A stretch of 64,000 nt of DNA from an uncultured virus (IMG/VR IMGVR_UViG_3300030376_007244) (IMGVR_UViG_3300030376_007244), one strand, 5' to 3'. Positions 30,814-40,618 are shown, counted from the first letter of the stretch. Made by a program: numbers and translations. Notes: generated by a model not told the origin, from the sequence alone.

Positions 30814-31202
30814 TGAAAACACAATTATTATGTACATTTTGTACAAAGTATGATTTAGACGAGGTAGTAGAATTAATTACATTGGGAACATCAGTGGTTT
30901 TCAATAAGATATATGTTTTTGAAAATACAGAAAAACCAGATTCATTAATCTGTACATATAATGTAGAAAAAACAGAAGACTTCATTCAAAATTCCAAAAC
31001 GATGGCAATACATCGTAAGAAGGAAACAAATACACTGTATACTATTAACGCATTAAATGAGGCCATAAGAGAAGCAAATAATGGAATATTAGATAAAAAG
31101 TTCTCTTTGTCATGGTCAATGTATAGGAACAGTTTATTACTAACAAACGATCAGGGATTGAACGTAGTTAGAACAAAACTTCACAAAATTGTTAACGTAT
31201 AA
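30813..31202 (+). CDS. Hypothetical phage protein
   Basis: 129-aa ORF coupled by TAATG; KTQLLCTF...HRKKETNTLYTINALN. Confidence 0.7.
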   Translation: MKTQLLCTFCTKYDLDEVVELITLGTSVVFNKIYVFENTEKPDSLICTYNVEKTEDFIQNSKTMAIHRKKETNTLYTINALNEAIREANNGILDKKFSLSWSMYRNSLLLTNDQGLNVVRTKLHKIVNV

Positions 31203-31222
31203 ATAATTCGAAAAAAACTCAC

Positions 31223-31248
31223 TTTTCAATAATTGCGTTAATATATAT
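31223..31248 (+). promoter_or_regulatory. Putative middle-class promoter TTTT-N14-ATATATAT
   Basis: TTTTCA at 31223, ATATATAT at 31241. Confidence 0.6.
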
Positions 31249-31303
31249 TAATGTAATCAATAAATAATGACAAATAACAGTAATAAATATAGGAGAAATT
31301 GTT

Positions 31304-32074
31304 ATGGATATATCAGCCATTAAGGCTAAACTTGGTCAACTTCAACAGTCCAACAACCGCACTTCAAACCTTTGGAAACCCACACCTGGAAAAACTCAAG
31401 TGAGGATTGTACCTTACAAATTCAATAAGGATAATCCTTTCATCGAGTTATACTTTCATTATGATATGGGAGATAGATACTATCTTTCACCACAATCATT
31501 TGGGCGTCCTGATCCGATTGAAGAATTTGCTACTAAACTTAAAACATCTGGAAACAATGATGACTATAAGTTAGGAAAGCGAATTGAAGCCAAAATGCGT
31601 ACTTTCGCACCAGTAATAGTGCGCGGCGAAGAGAATGAAGGTGTTAAGTTTTGGGGTTTTGGAAAGACTGTATATCAAGAACTACTTTCAATAATCGCAG
31701 ATCCAGATTATGGTGACATCACAGATCCAGTAAATGGTCGTGACATTGTGGTTGAGTTCAAAACCAGTGAAGAAACTGGTAGGTCATTTCCAATGACAAC
31801 TATTAGGGTAAAACCTAATCAAACTCCAGTAACGGAGAAAGCTGATGAGATGAAGACGATGAAGGAAACACAGAAAAATATCACCGAAATCTATAACGAG
31901 CTCAGCTATGATGATCTCAATGAAGTTCTCAAGAACTGGTTGAATCAAGATTCTGGCGTTAAAGATGAAGAAGTCACTACTCCAGTTGAGACTAAAAAGG
32001 CAACAAACAATATGCCTTCTCAAGCGGAAGTATCAGATGTTTCTTCAGCATTCGACGAGTTATTTAGCAGTTAA
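31304..32074 (+). CDS. Single-stranded DNA-binding protein (T4 gp32-like)
   Basis: LWKP..GKTQVRIVP, VKFWGFGKTVY, DITDPVNGRD, acidic tail AFDELFSS. Confidence 0.88.
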   Translation: MDISAIKAKLGQLQQSNNRTSNLWKPTPGKTQVRIVPYKFNKDNPFIELYFHYDMGDRYYLSPQSFGRPDPIEEFATKLKTSGNNDDYKLGKRIEAKMRTFAPVIVRGEENEGVKFWGFGKTVYQELLSIIADPDYGDITDPVNGRDIVVEFKTSEETGRSFPMTTIRVKPNQTPVTEKADEMKTMKETQKNITEIYNELSYDDLNEVLKNWLNQDSGVKDEEVTTPVETKKATNNMPSQAEVSDVSSAFDELFSS

Positions 32075-32087
32075 ACAAAAATGGAAT

Positions 32088-32113
32088 GAAGGGGCCGAAA
32101 GGCCCCTCTTCTT
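32088..32113 (+). terminator. Rho-independent terminator/hairpin
   Basis: GGGGCC-GAAA-GGCCCC followed by TCTTCTT. Confidence 0.75.
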
Positions 32114-32128
32114 AACAGGGGAAAAGTT

Positions 32129-33229
32129 ATGAGCGATAAAAATGCGCTAGCGTCACAGCTAGCAGAAAGCTTAAATCAAAAATTCAAAGGTCAAAAGGTT
32201 GCATACTTTCTAGATGGAAAGGATAATACACCAACAGACGTTAAGGATTTTATTTCAACAGGTTCATCTTTATTAGATTTGGCAATATCAAATAGACCAG
32301 ATGGTGGAATAGCTGTAGGAAGAATAACCGAAATAAATGGTTTATCTTCTACTGGTAAGTCACTATTGGGTGCACATGTATTAGCTGAAACTCAAAAGAA
32401 AGGTGGTGTAGCAGTGTATATTGATACTGAAACATCAGTTAGTAGAGAGTTTTTACAGGCTATTGGATGTGATGTTGGTAATCTTTTGTATTTACACATT
32501 GAAACAGTTGAAGAAATCTTTCAAGCAATAGAAGATATAATTTTAAAGATACGTGAATCTAGTAAAGACAAACACGTCACAATTTTAATCGATAGTTTAG
32601 CAGCTGCTTCAACAAAAGTTGAAATGGAAGCTGATTACGATAAAGATGGTTGGGCAACTAGTAAAGCCATTATCATATCTAAAGCTATGAGAAAGATTAC
32701 ACAGATGGTTGGAAGACACAAAATTACTCTTGTGTTTACTAATCAACTTCGTCAAAAGATGGGTGTAATGTTCGGTGATCCATACACAACAAGTGGTGGA
32801 TTAGCGTTACCTTTTCATTCATCTACAAGAATACGACTCAAAAATATGGGTCAAATCAAGGATAAGGAACAAAACGTAATTGGTGTCAAGTGTAGAGCAC
32901 AGGTTATAAAGAATCGAATTGGTCCACCTATGAGAAGTACAGATTACGACATGTATTTTGATAGAGGTATAGATGATGTTGGTGGATGGCTTCAGGTTCT
33001 CAAGGAATTAAAAGTCGCAAAAGTGGCTGGAGCTTGGTATACAATCAATTACAAGGGAGAAGATAAAAAATTCCTCTCTAAAGATTTTGTTTCTATCTTG
33101 AAAGAAGATCCAGACTTTAAATCGTATCTCTATAAAACAATATGTGATAATAGCATATTGCAATATCAAGAAAATAGAGGTATAGATGATGTTGAATTCA
33201 CTGACGAAGTGATAGACGAAGATGCGTAA
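32129..33229 (+). CDS. recA: RecA/UvsX recombinase
   Basis: GRITEINGLSSTGKS Walker A, YIDTE, LIDSLAA, FTNQLRQKMGVMFGDP.TTSGG.ALPF, KNRIGPP. Confidence 0.95.
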   Translation: MSDKNALASQLAESLNQKFKGQKVAYFLDGKDNTPTDVKDFISTGSSLLDLAISNRPDGGIAVGRITEINGLSSTGKSLLGAHVLAETQKKGGVAVYIDTETSVSREFLQAIGCDVGNLLYLHIETVEEIFQAIEDIILKIRESSKDKHVTILIDSLAAASTKVEMEADYDKDGWATSKAIIISKAMRKITQMVGRHKITLVFTNQLRQKMGVMFGDPYTTSGGLALPFHSSTRIRLKNMGQIKDKEQNVIGVKCRAQVIKNRIGPPMRSTDYDMYFDRGIDDVGGWLQVLKELKVAKVAGAWYTINYKGEDKKFLSKDFVSILKEDPDFKSYLYKTICDNSILQYQENRGIDDVEFTDEVIDEDA

Positions 33230-34244
33230 GCGATACGCTGAAATTCTCACTCAGATAGGTCAACAAGTAAACACAAATCAATCCATTAATGACCATGTTT
33301 TGGTTGTTGATGGGTTGAACAACTTCATTCGGGCTTGGTCGGCTTCCCCTGCATCCAACGCGGATGGAGTTCACATAGGTGGGATGATAGGGTTTTTACA
33401 AAGCGTAGGCTTTGCAATTAGAACTCTATCACCCACTCGTGTAATTATTTGTTTTGATGGTGCTGGAGGATCTCAGAAAAGACGTAAAATTTATGACGGT
33501 TATAAAGCACAACGGAAACCATTAAAGACACCAAACAGATTTAAAGGTATGCAAGGGTTGGAAGAGCCTTCAGATAGTATGCATAGACAAATTAAAAGGT
33601 TATCAGAATATTTGAATGTTTTGCCTCTAACATCTCTGTCAATCGATAACATTGAAGCTGATGATTCGATTGCTTACATTGCAAAATCTGTTTTAAAGGA
33701 TAGTAAAGTTTCTATTATGTCAACCGATAAAGATTTTCTACAATTGGTTGATGATAGAATCAATGTTTGGTCTCCAACAAAAAAAGCGTTATATGATAGG
33801 AGTAAGATAGCCGAAGAGTATGATATGCTTGCTGAAAATTTGATTTATTTTAGAATTATAGATGGAGATAAGTCAGATAACATAAATGGTATTAAGGGAT
33901 ATGGATTGAAAACTACTCTCAAAAAAATGCCATTTTTGAAAGATAAGATTATATATAATATTGAAGACTTTCTCAAAGAGACTTCAGAATTTGGTTATGT
34001 CAATAAAGACGTTTTAACAAGAAATTATAAACTAATGCAATTGAGCGATGTTGAAATATCTGGTTCTGCAAAGAGTAAGATATTAAATATAGTTAATGAG
34101 GTTCCAAATAGATTGGTAAAATACAAGCTTCACAAGATGTTTTTGGAAGATACAATAAATCAGGTTATAAAAAACCCAGATGTTTGGTTGCAGGATACGT
34201 TTAACAGATTGGATATGGTGATAAATAATGCCTCCAATAGCTGA
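33222..34244 (+). CDS. 5'-3' exonuclease / flap endonuclease (T4 RNase H-like)
   Basis: VVDGLNNF, CFDG, YKAQR, EADD, STDKDFLQL, GDKSDNINGIKGYG. Confidence 0.93.
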   Translation: MRKRYAEILTQIGQQVNTNQSINDHVLVVDGLNNFIRAWSASPASNADGVHIGGMIGFLQSVGFAIRTLSPTRVIICFDGAGGSQKRRKIYDGYKAQRKPLKTPNRFKGMQGLEEPSDSMHRQIKRLSEYLNVLPLTSLSIDNIEADDSIAYIAKSVLKDSKVSIMSTDKDFLQLVDDRINVWSPTKKALYDRSKIAEEYDMLAENLIYFRIIDGDKSDNINGIKGYGLKTTLKKMPFLKDKIIYNIEDFLKETSEFGYVNKDVLTRNYKLMQLSDVEISGSAKSKILNIVNEVPNRLVKYKLHKMFLEDTINQVIKNPDVWLQDTFNRLDMVINNASNS

Positions 34245-35607
34245 TTCACTTACAAAGTATGGTTCTAGTTTTCAAACTAAAATCATAACATGTTTACTAA
34301 CACAAGCAGATTTTTTAACTACATGCTATGACATGATTCAGCCAGAACAGTTGGACACTGAATCCAAACAGTGGTTGGTTAGAGAAATCAAATCTTATTT
34401 TTATGAATATAAAGTTTTGCCTACATTGGAAACATTAAAGGTAAAAATACAAGAAATAAAATCTGATATACTGCAACAAACTGTTGTTGATGAACTTAGA
34501 GAAGTTACTAAATTAGTCGAGTCTAGTGACTTAAAGTTTGTAATGAACGAAACTTTAGAGTTTTGCAAAAATCAAGAATTAAAGTCTGCAATAATGAAAT
34601 CTGTAGACATGCTTCAAAATGGTAGATATGATGAAATAAAAAGATTAATCGATAATGCTATGAGAGCTGGAACCAAGCGAGATGTTGGTTTAAATTATAT
34701 GGAAGAATGGGATTCGATATTAGAAGACATAGCAAGAGATTGTACTGGAACTGGATTTGAGCCTGTAGATGAAATAACAAATGGTGGTTTAGCAGGTGGT
34801 GAACTTGGAATAGTAGTTGCACCTTCTGGTGTTGGTAAAAGTTGGTTATTGCAAGCGATTGGTGCAAATGCTTTACGATTAGGAAAAAACGTAATACATT
34901 ATACTTTAGAATTAAATCAAGCATATGTTGGTTTAAGATATGCAGCTATATTTTCTGGAGTAGAAGCAGCACACATTCCAGATCAAGCTAAAAAAGTAAA
35001 AAGCATGGTAGACGAACAGTGTAGAGGTGAATTATTAATAAAATATTATCCCACAAGATCTGCTAGCGTTCAAACTATTTATACTCATCTTAAAACTGTA
35101 GAATTATTAGGTCATTCACCAGATTTAATTTTAGTTGATTATGCAGATCTATTAAGTGACACATCTGGTAATGGAGAGATTAGGTTGCAATTGTCTAACA
35201 TTTATGAAGAGCTACGTGGACTAAGTGGTGAGTTCGGGATACCAATGTGGACAGCTTCTCAGTCAAATAGAAGTAGTTTAGAAGATTCTGTTATTGGAGC
35301 AGAAAAGATTGCTGAATCGTATAATAAGATTATGACTGCAGATTTTGTTATGAGTTTATCAAGAAAAATTGAAGATAAAGTTGCGAATACTGGACGTATA
35401 CACGTAATTAAAAATAGATTTGGTCCAGATGGGATGACGTTTCCGACATCGATGAACACATCAACAGGTCAAATTAATATTTTCAATTCTGGCACTCAAG
35501 ATGGTGCAGAAGTTCAAACTAAAATGAATAATGGAAATGAGTATGTCAGAAAGTTGCTTAAGAAACGTCATAACGAAATGTTTAGCGAAGAAGACGTTAC
35601 AAAATAA
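34228..35607 (+). CDS. DnaB-like replicative helicase
   Basis: GGLAGGELGIVVAPSGVGKS, YTLEL, LVDYADL, WTASQSNR, KNRFGPDG. Confidence 0.93.
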   Translation: MPPIADSLTKYGSSFQTKIITCLLTQADFLTTCYDMIQPEQLDTESKQWLVREIKSYFYEYKVLPTLETLKVKIQEIKSDILQQTVVDELREVTKLVESSDLKFVMNETLEFCKNQELKSAIMKSVDMLQNGRYDEIKRLIDNAMRAGTKRDVGLNYMEEWDSILEDIARDCTGTGFEPVDEITNGGLAGGELGIVVAPSGVGKSWLLQAIGANALRLGKNVIHYTLELNQAYVGLRYAAIFSGVEAAHIPDQAKKVKSMVDEQCRGELLIKYYPTRSASVQTIYTHLKTVELLGHSPDLILVDYADLLSDTSGNGEIRLQLSNIYEELRGLSGEFGIPMWTASQSNRSSLEDSVIGAEKIAESYNKIMTADFVMSLSRKIEDKVANTGRIHVIKNRFGPDGMTFPTSMNTSTGQINIFNSGTQDGAEVQTKMNNGNEYVRKLLKKRHNEMFSEEDVTK

Positions 35608-35635
35608 TGTTAGTTGTATATAAGGAGATTTAAAA

Positions 35636-37648
35636 ATGAGTGATAAATTTACACTTACACCGTCGTTTGTAAAAAAATACCAGAGAAAGTCAGCACCGTT
35701 CGGTTTTAATGGTCTAGGAGAAATGGTATACATGAGAACATATTCTAGAATCAAAGAAGACGGTAAAAATGAAATGTGGTGGGAAACAGTTAGAAGAGTT
35801 GTTGAAGGCACATACACAATGCAAAAAAAGCATATCGATTCAAATCAATTGGGTTGGAATGCATGGCAAGCACAAAGATCAGCACAGGATATGTACGATA
35901 GAATATTCAATATGAAATTTTTACCACCTGGACGTGGACTGTGGGCAATGGGAACAGAAATGACAGAAGAACGTGGATTGTATGCTGCGTTAAATAATTG
36001 TGCGTTTGTTTCAACGGATACATTAAAGGACGATTTAGCCAAACCATTTTGTTTTCTTATGGACGCATCAATGTTGGGTGTAGGTGTTGGTTTTGACACT
36101 AAAGGTGCAGAAAAAATAATTATAAAGGGTATAGATAAGGGTAAAAATGAACAAACGTTTGTTATACCAGATAGTAGAGAAGGTTGGGTTGAATCGTTAA
36201 AAATGCAGCTAGAAAGCTATTTTATGGGTACAGCAGCAATATCGTTTGATTATTCTGAAATACGAGAAGAAGGTGCACCAATTAAAGGATTCGGTGGAGT
36301 TTCTAGTGGACCAGCACCGTTAGAAGAGTTACATAAAGCTGTTATGGATATTTTAGAAAAAAATACTGGTGAACCAATAACAATAACAACAATTGTAGAC
36401 ATAATGAACTTAATTGGTAAATGTGTCGTGGCTGGTAATGTGAGAAGAACAGCCGAGATTGTATTTGGTGAGCCAGATTCTGAAGAATATTTAGATTTAA
36501 AAAATTATGATGTTAATCCACATAGAGATCAATATGGCTGGACATCAAACAATTCAATATTTGCAGAATTAGGAATGGATTATACTGAAGCTTGTAAAAG
36601 AGTTGTAGATAATGGGGAACCTGGTTTTGCATGGTTAGATAATATGAGAAAATATTCTCGCATGAAAAATGGCGGAGATAATAAGGATCATAGAGTTGCA
36701 GGCGGTAATCCGTGTTTAGAGCAATCATTGGAGAGTTATGAGTTATGCTGTTTGGTTGAAACATTCCCAAACAATCATGATTCGTTTGAGGATTATGCTA
36801 GAACTCTTAAGTATGCGTATTTATATGCGAAAACTGTTACTTTGGGTCGTACACATTGGCCAGAAACAAACAGGGTAATGTTACGTAATAGAAGAATAGG
36901 ATGTTCAGTTAGTGGAATAGCACAATTTATAACATCAAGAGGAATAGACAGTTTAAAGGATTGGTTAAATGATGGATATGGAGTCATACAAACTTGGGAT
37001 AAAATGTATTCAGATTGGTTTGCAGTACCACGTTCCATTAAAACTACTTCTGTTAAACCTTCTGGCACCGTTTCATTATTGGCTGGCGCTACTCCAGGCT
37101 TGCATTATCCCGAGTCTAGGTTTTATATTAGACGTATTAGATTAAGTAATAGCTCTCCATTGATTGCACCATTAGAAAAAGCAGGATACAAAATAGAGCC
37201 TGCTTTTGGATCAGAAGAAACTACTAGTGTAGTTGAAGTTCCAGTAGACGTTGGAGAAGGAATACGAACAGTATCAGATTTAACCGTATGGGAACAATTT
37301 AGTTTAGCTGCTTTTATGCAAAGACATTGGGCAGATAATCAAGTTAGTTGTACAGTTACGTTTAATCCTGAAACTGAAGGACCACAACTTCCTCATGTAT
37401 TAAATTATTTTCAATATCATCTTAAGGGCATAAGTTGCTTACCTAGACATGATTTTGGTGCATTTCCACAAATGCCATATGAATCTATAGACGAAGAAAC
37501 TTATGATAAATTACTTAAGGGATTGGGAAGATTAAGTTTTAGACAAGTAAAAGGGAATGAAGCGGAAGTTGATAAGTTTTGTAACAATGATGTTTGTGAA
37601 ATAATCCCCACAGCCGGTGATAAAGACGATCAGGAATATGCAAACTAA
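35636..37648 (+). CDS. nrdJ: Adenosylcobalamin-dependent ribonucleoside-triphosphate reductase (class II, monomeric type)
   Basis: YMRTYSR, PPGRGLW, LNNCAF, GNVRRTA, NPCLEQ, VKPSGTVS, C-terminal FCNNDVC. Confidence 0.95.
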   Translation: MSDKFTLTPSFVKKYQRKSAPFGFNGLGEMVYMRTYSRIKEDGKNEMWWETVRRVVEGTYTMQKKHIDSNQLGWNAWQAQRSAQDMYDRIFNMKFLPPGRGLWAMGTEMTEERGLYAALNNCAFVSTDTLKDDLAKPFCFLMDASMLGVGVGFDTKGAEKIIIKGIDKGKNEQTFVIPDSREGWVESLKMQLESYFMGTAAISFDYSEIREEGAPIKGFGGVSSGPAPLEELHKAVMDILEKNTGEPITITTIVDIMNLIGKCVVAGNVRRTAEIVFGEPDSEEYLDLKNYDVNPHRDQYGWTSNNSIFAELGMDYTEACKRVVDNGEPGFAWLDNMRKYSRMKNGGDNKDHRVAGGNPCLEQSLESYELCCLVETFPNNHDSFEDYARTLKYAYLYAKTVTLGRTHWPETNRVMLRNRRIGCSVSGIAQFITSRGIDSLKDWLNDGYGVIQTWDKMYSDWFAVPRSIKTTSVKPSGTVSLLAGATPGLHYPESRFYIRRIRLSNSSPLIAPLEKAGYKIEPAFGSEETTSVVEVPVDVGEGIRTVSDLTVWEQFSLAAFMQRHWADNQVSCTVTFNPETEGPQLPHVLNYFQYHLKGISCLPRHDFGAFPQMPYESIDEETYDKLLKGLGRLSFRQVKGNEAEVDKFCNNDVCEIIPTAGDKDDQEYAN

Positions 37649-37665
37649 TTTTACACAAAAAGCGG

Positions 37666-37699
37666 ACAGGCAGACGGCACACCTGTAGAAAAATGTGCC
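37666..37699 (+). promoter_or_regulatory. H-type RNA pseudoknot in the leader of the TonB receptor gene
   Basis: S1 ACAGG(37666-70)/CCTGT(37682-86); S2 GGCACA(37676-81)/TGTGCC(37694-99); A-rich loop AGAAAAA. Confidence 0.65.
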
Positions 37700-37729
37700 A
37701 CTTACTAATCAAAAGCAAGGAGACAGATT

Positions 37730-40456
37730 ATGAACTATCGTAATCTTGCTGTATTATTATTACTCTCAACTGGTTTGTTTGCGCAAACTATGGTAGGAGT
37801 AGTATTAAATGCAGACTCAGAACCACTTGTTGGAGCTAATGTAGTAGTTGAAGAAACAGATATTGGAGGAGTTACCGATTCAGAAGGTAAATTCCAAATA
37901 GATGTCGTTTCTGGGGACTATGACGTTACGGCTTCCTTCATTGGTTATGTTCCTATCACTAAATCAGTTAGTGTTGGGGATATCGTTTCAAGCGTTAATT
38001 TCTTTTTAGAAACTGACGTTGTTGCAATGACAGCATTAGAAGTTTTGGCTTCACGTGCTGACGAGAACACACCTGTTGCTTATACTACGGTTGAAAAAGC
38101 TGAAATGGAAATAAGACTTGGTTCACAAGATATTCCAATGGCTCTTAATATGACACCGTCAGTATATGCGACACAACAAGGTGGAGGTGCGGGTGATGCT
38201 CGTATCAACGTTCGCGGGTTTAACCAAAGAAATGTTGCTGTTATGATTAATGGTGTTCCTCAAAACGATATGGAAAACGGTTGGGTTTATTGGTCCAATT
38301 GGGATGGAGTAGCAGATGCTGCCAATTCTATTCAGATGCAAAGAGGTCTATCAGCAGTCAATCTAGCAACACCTTCTATAGGTGGAACTATGAACATAAT
38401 AACAGATCCTGCTGGTCACGAAAAAGGTGGCAAGTTTAAGCAGGAAGCTGGAGCTGGTGGTTTTATGAAGACCACTTTGAACTACAACTCAGGTCTTATT
38501 AACGATAAGTTGGCTATTAGTGGAACTATCGTTCGTAAAACAGGAGATGGAATCATTGATGGAACTTGGACAGATGCTTGGGCTTACTATTTAGGGTCAA
38601 GTTATGCTGTTAGTGACAAACAACGATTCGAACTATACGCTATTGGTGCACCACAGCGTCATGGTCAAAATCTATACAAGCAGAATATAGCGACTTACTC
38701 GCAAGATCTAGCAGGAGACATTGATGGTTATAATGACTCTGCTTATGTTGCAGGTGAGAAGTTTGAAACTGAAGCTGGTAGATTGTTTAACCAGAACTGG
38801 GCACCTGTGGATGAATCCTATAAAGGCAAACAGTATTTTTATATGTATGGTGCAAACACTGCAGATAGAATGAATGCTGGTATGCTTAATGAAAGGGAAA
38901 ATTACTTCCACAAGCCTCTTGTCAATTTAAACCACTTTTTAACTTTAAATGACAATGCAAGATTAAGTTCAGTACTATATTGGAGTGGTGGCTCTGGTGG
39001 AGGAACTGGAACTTATGGTAGCGTAAGTAGAACACCCGCGGTAGAAGGAGAAAGATGGTATGCATCTTCACCCTGGCAATGGGATTGGAATGCTGAGATA
39101 GCACAGAACTCTGCTAATGTAGATTCTGCTTTTTCAGATACAGAAAATCGCTCAACAGGAATCCTTCGTAATTCAATTAATCGTCAAAACACTTATGGAT
39201 TAATTTCTAAACTTAATTATGATGTATCAGATGAGTTAGAAATTCAAGTAGGTATTGATTGGCGAACTGCTGAAATAGAACATGCGCGTGAAGTACGTGA
39301 TCTACTTGGTGGTGATTATTATGTAGATTATGCAGACGACAATGCCGAAGACGGTAAAATTGTTCGTTTAGGTGATGAAATCGCATACTTTAACACTACA
39401 ACAGTAGACTGGTTTGGTAGTTTTGCACAAGGTAAGTACACAACTGACAAAATGAGTTTATACGGTATGGGTGGTTTATCCACTATAGCTTATTCTTATC
39501 AAGACCACTTTACAGTGCTAAATGAGAAGATTAAAGCTGACCCGATTACTACATTTCAGTTAAAAGGTGGTGCTACTTACAATTTAGATGATCGTATGTC
39601 TGGATTTGTTAATTACGGATACGTTCAAAAGCCGCCAATTATGGACAACGTCATATACTATGATGGAACAGTAGCTACTGACCCTGATAATGAGAAGTTT
39701 AAAAGCTTTGAATTTGGTGGAAAGTATAACAGTGATAAAGTAGCTGTTAAGCTAAGTCAGTACAACACACGCTGGATTGATAGAAATATCACTAAAGCTG
39801 TTTCAACAGGTCAAGGCGATTCTGGTGATACTGATGTTATCTTTTTACGAGGAGTTGAACAAAATCATACTGGTTGGGAAGTGGAAAGTAAAATTGCTGT
39901 TCACGAAATGCTAGATATTGATTTGGCTTTAAGTAAAGGTAATTGGAAGTTCGTAGGTGACGCTGATGGTACATATCAAGAACAAGAGTTCAATGAGAAC
40001 GGTGAAGTAATTGGTATGACAACATCTGAGTATTCTTATGCGCTTAATGACCTTATGGTTGGTGATATGCCACAAACAGCTTATGTTGGTGGATTAACAT
40101 TCAAGCCAATTAAAGGTCTAAACATGCAAGCTCTTTACAGAATGTATGATGATAATTACTCCGATTGGAGTCCTGATTCACGTGAAGTAGATGGTGATGC
40201 AGATAGAGATCAGGTTTGGAAAGCACCTGGTTATGGTAAGTTAGACTTACACTTATCTTATAAGCTTCCAATAGATGCAGTTGATATGACAATATCAGCA
40301 CACATCTTTAATGCACTTGACGGAGTATACGTACAAGATGCTGTTGACAATAGTCAATATAATGGGTATGGTGACAAAGTTCACGCTGCTCATAACGCAG
40401 AAGTATTTCTTGGAACACCAAGATATGCTAATGTAGGAATTTCGGTTAATTTCTAA
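37730..40456 (+). CDS. TonB-dependent outer-membrane receptor (signal peptide, carboxypeptidase-regulatory-like domain, plug, beta-barrel)
   Basis: Signal MNYRNLAVLLLLSTGLFAQ; EPLVGANVVV..GGVTDSEGKF..ASFIGY; plug RINVRGF..VMINGVP..IQMQRG..GGTMNIIT; C-terminal NALD...GTPRYANVGISVNF with terminal Phe. Confidence 0.95.
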   Translation: MNYRNLAVLLLLSTGLFAQTMVGVVLNADSEPLVGANVVVEETDIGGVTDSEGKFQIDVVSGDYDVTASFIGYVPITKSVSVGDIVSSVNFFLETDVVAMTALEVLASRADENTPVAYTTVEKAEMEIRLGSQDIPMALNMTPSVYATQQGGGAGDARINVRGFNQRNVAVMINGVPQNDMENGWVYWSNWDGVADAANSIQMQRGLSAVNLATPSIGGTMNIITDPAGHEKGGKFKQEAGAGGFMKTTLNYNSGLINDKLAISGTIVRKTGDGIIDGTWTDAWAYYLGSSYAVSDKQRFELYAIGAPQRHGQNLYKQNIATYSQDLAGDIDGYNDSAYVAGEKFETEAGRLFNQNWAPVDESYKGKQYFYMYGANTADRMNAGMLNERENYFHKPLVNLNHFLTLNDNARLSSVLYWSGGSGGGTGTYGSVSRTPAVEGERWYASSPWQWDWNAEIAQNSANVDSAFSDTENRSTGILRNSINRQNTYGLISKLNYDVSDELEIQVGIDWRTAEIEHAREVRDLLGGDYYVDYADDNAEDGKIVRLGDEIAYFNTTTVDWFGSFAQGKYTTDKMSLYGMGGLSTIAYSYQDHFTVLNEKIKADPITTFQLKGGATYNLDDRMSGFVNYGYVQKPPIMDNVIYYDGTVATDPDNEKFKSFEFGGKYNSDKVAVKLSQYNTRWIDRNITKAVSTGQGDSGDTDVIFLRGVEQNHTGWEVESKIAVHEMLDIDLALSKGNWKFVGDADGTYQEQEFNENGEVIGMTTSEYSYALNDLMVGDMPQTAYVGGLTFKPIKGLNMQALYRMYDDNYSDWSPDSREVDGDADRDQVWKAPGYGKLDLHLSYKLPIDAVDMTISAHIFNALDGVYVQDAVDNSQYNGYGDKVHAAHNAEVFLGTPRYANVGISVNF

Positions 40457-40465
40457 TTGAAATTT

Positions 40466-40538
40466 GGGGCTGTAGCTCAGTTGGGAGAGCATCGCACTTG
40501 CACTGCGAAGGTCGCTGGTTCGAACCCAGTCAGCTCCA
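40466..40538 (+). tRNA. tRNA-Ala(UGC), CCA not encoded
   Basis: Acceptor GGGGCTG/CAGCTCC with G3:U70, D arm GCTC/GAGC, anticodon arm TCGCA-CTTGCAC-TGCGA, T loop TTCGAAC, discriminator A. Confidence 0.95.
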
Positions 40539-40541
40539 CTA

Positions 40542-40597
40542 CAGGCTAGCTCTCGAGTGTTTGTCTTTATGACATTGTAATTCTCCAGAGCAGCCTG
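40542..40597. ncRNA. Long imperfect hairpin, candidate structured RNA
   Basis: CAGGCT/AGCCTG, GCTCT/AGAGC, GAG/CTC and TGTC/GACA nested stems. Confidence 0.45.
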
Positions 40598-40618
40598 ACC
40601 ATAATTAAAAAAGTTATA

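Noticed and set aside
37649..37729. Cobalamin riboswitch, or readthrough/frameshift signal fusing NrdJ to the receptor
   Set aside because: The 81-nt gap shows no B12-box that I can recognise; no slippery heptamer at suitable spacing; NrdJ has a normal Cys-pair end and the receptor has its own SD and signal peptide.
40542..40597. SRP RNA or intrinsic terminator
   Set aside because: Lacks the SRP GGAA tetraloop motif; no U tract directly after the stem on the + strand.
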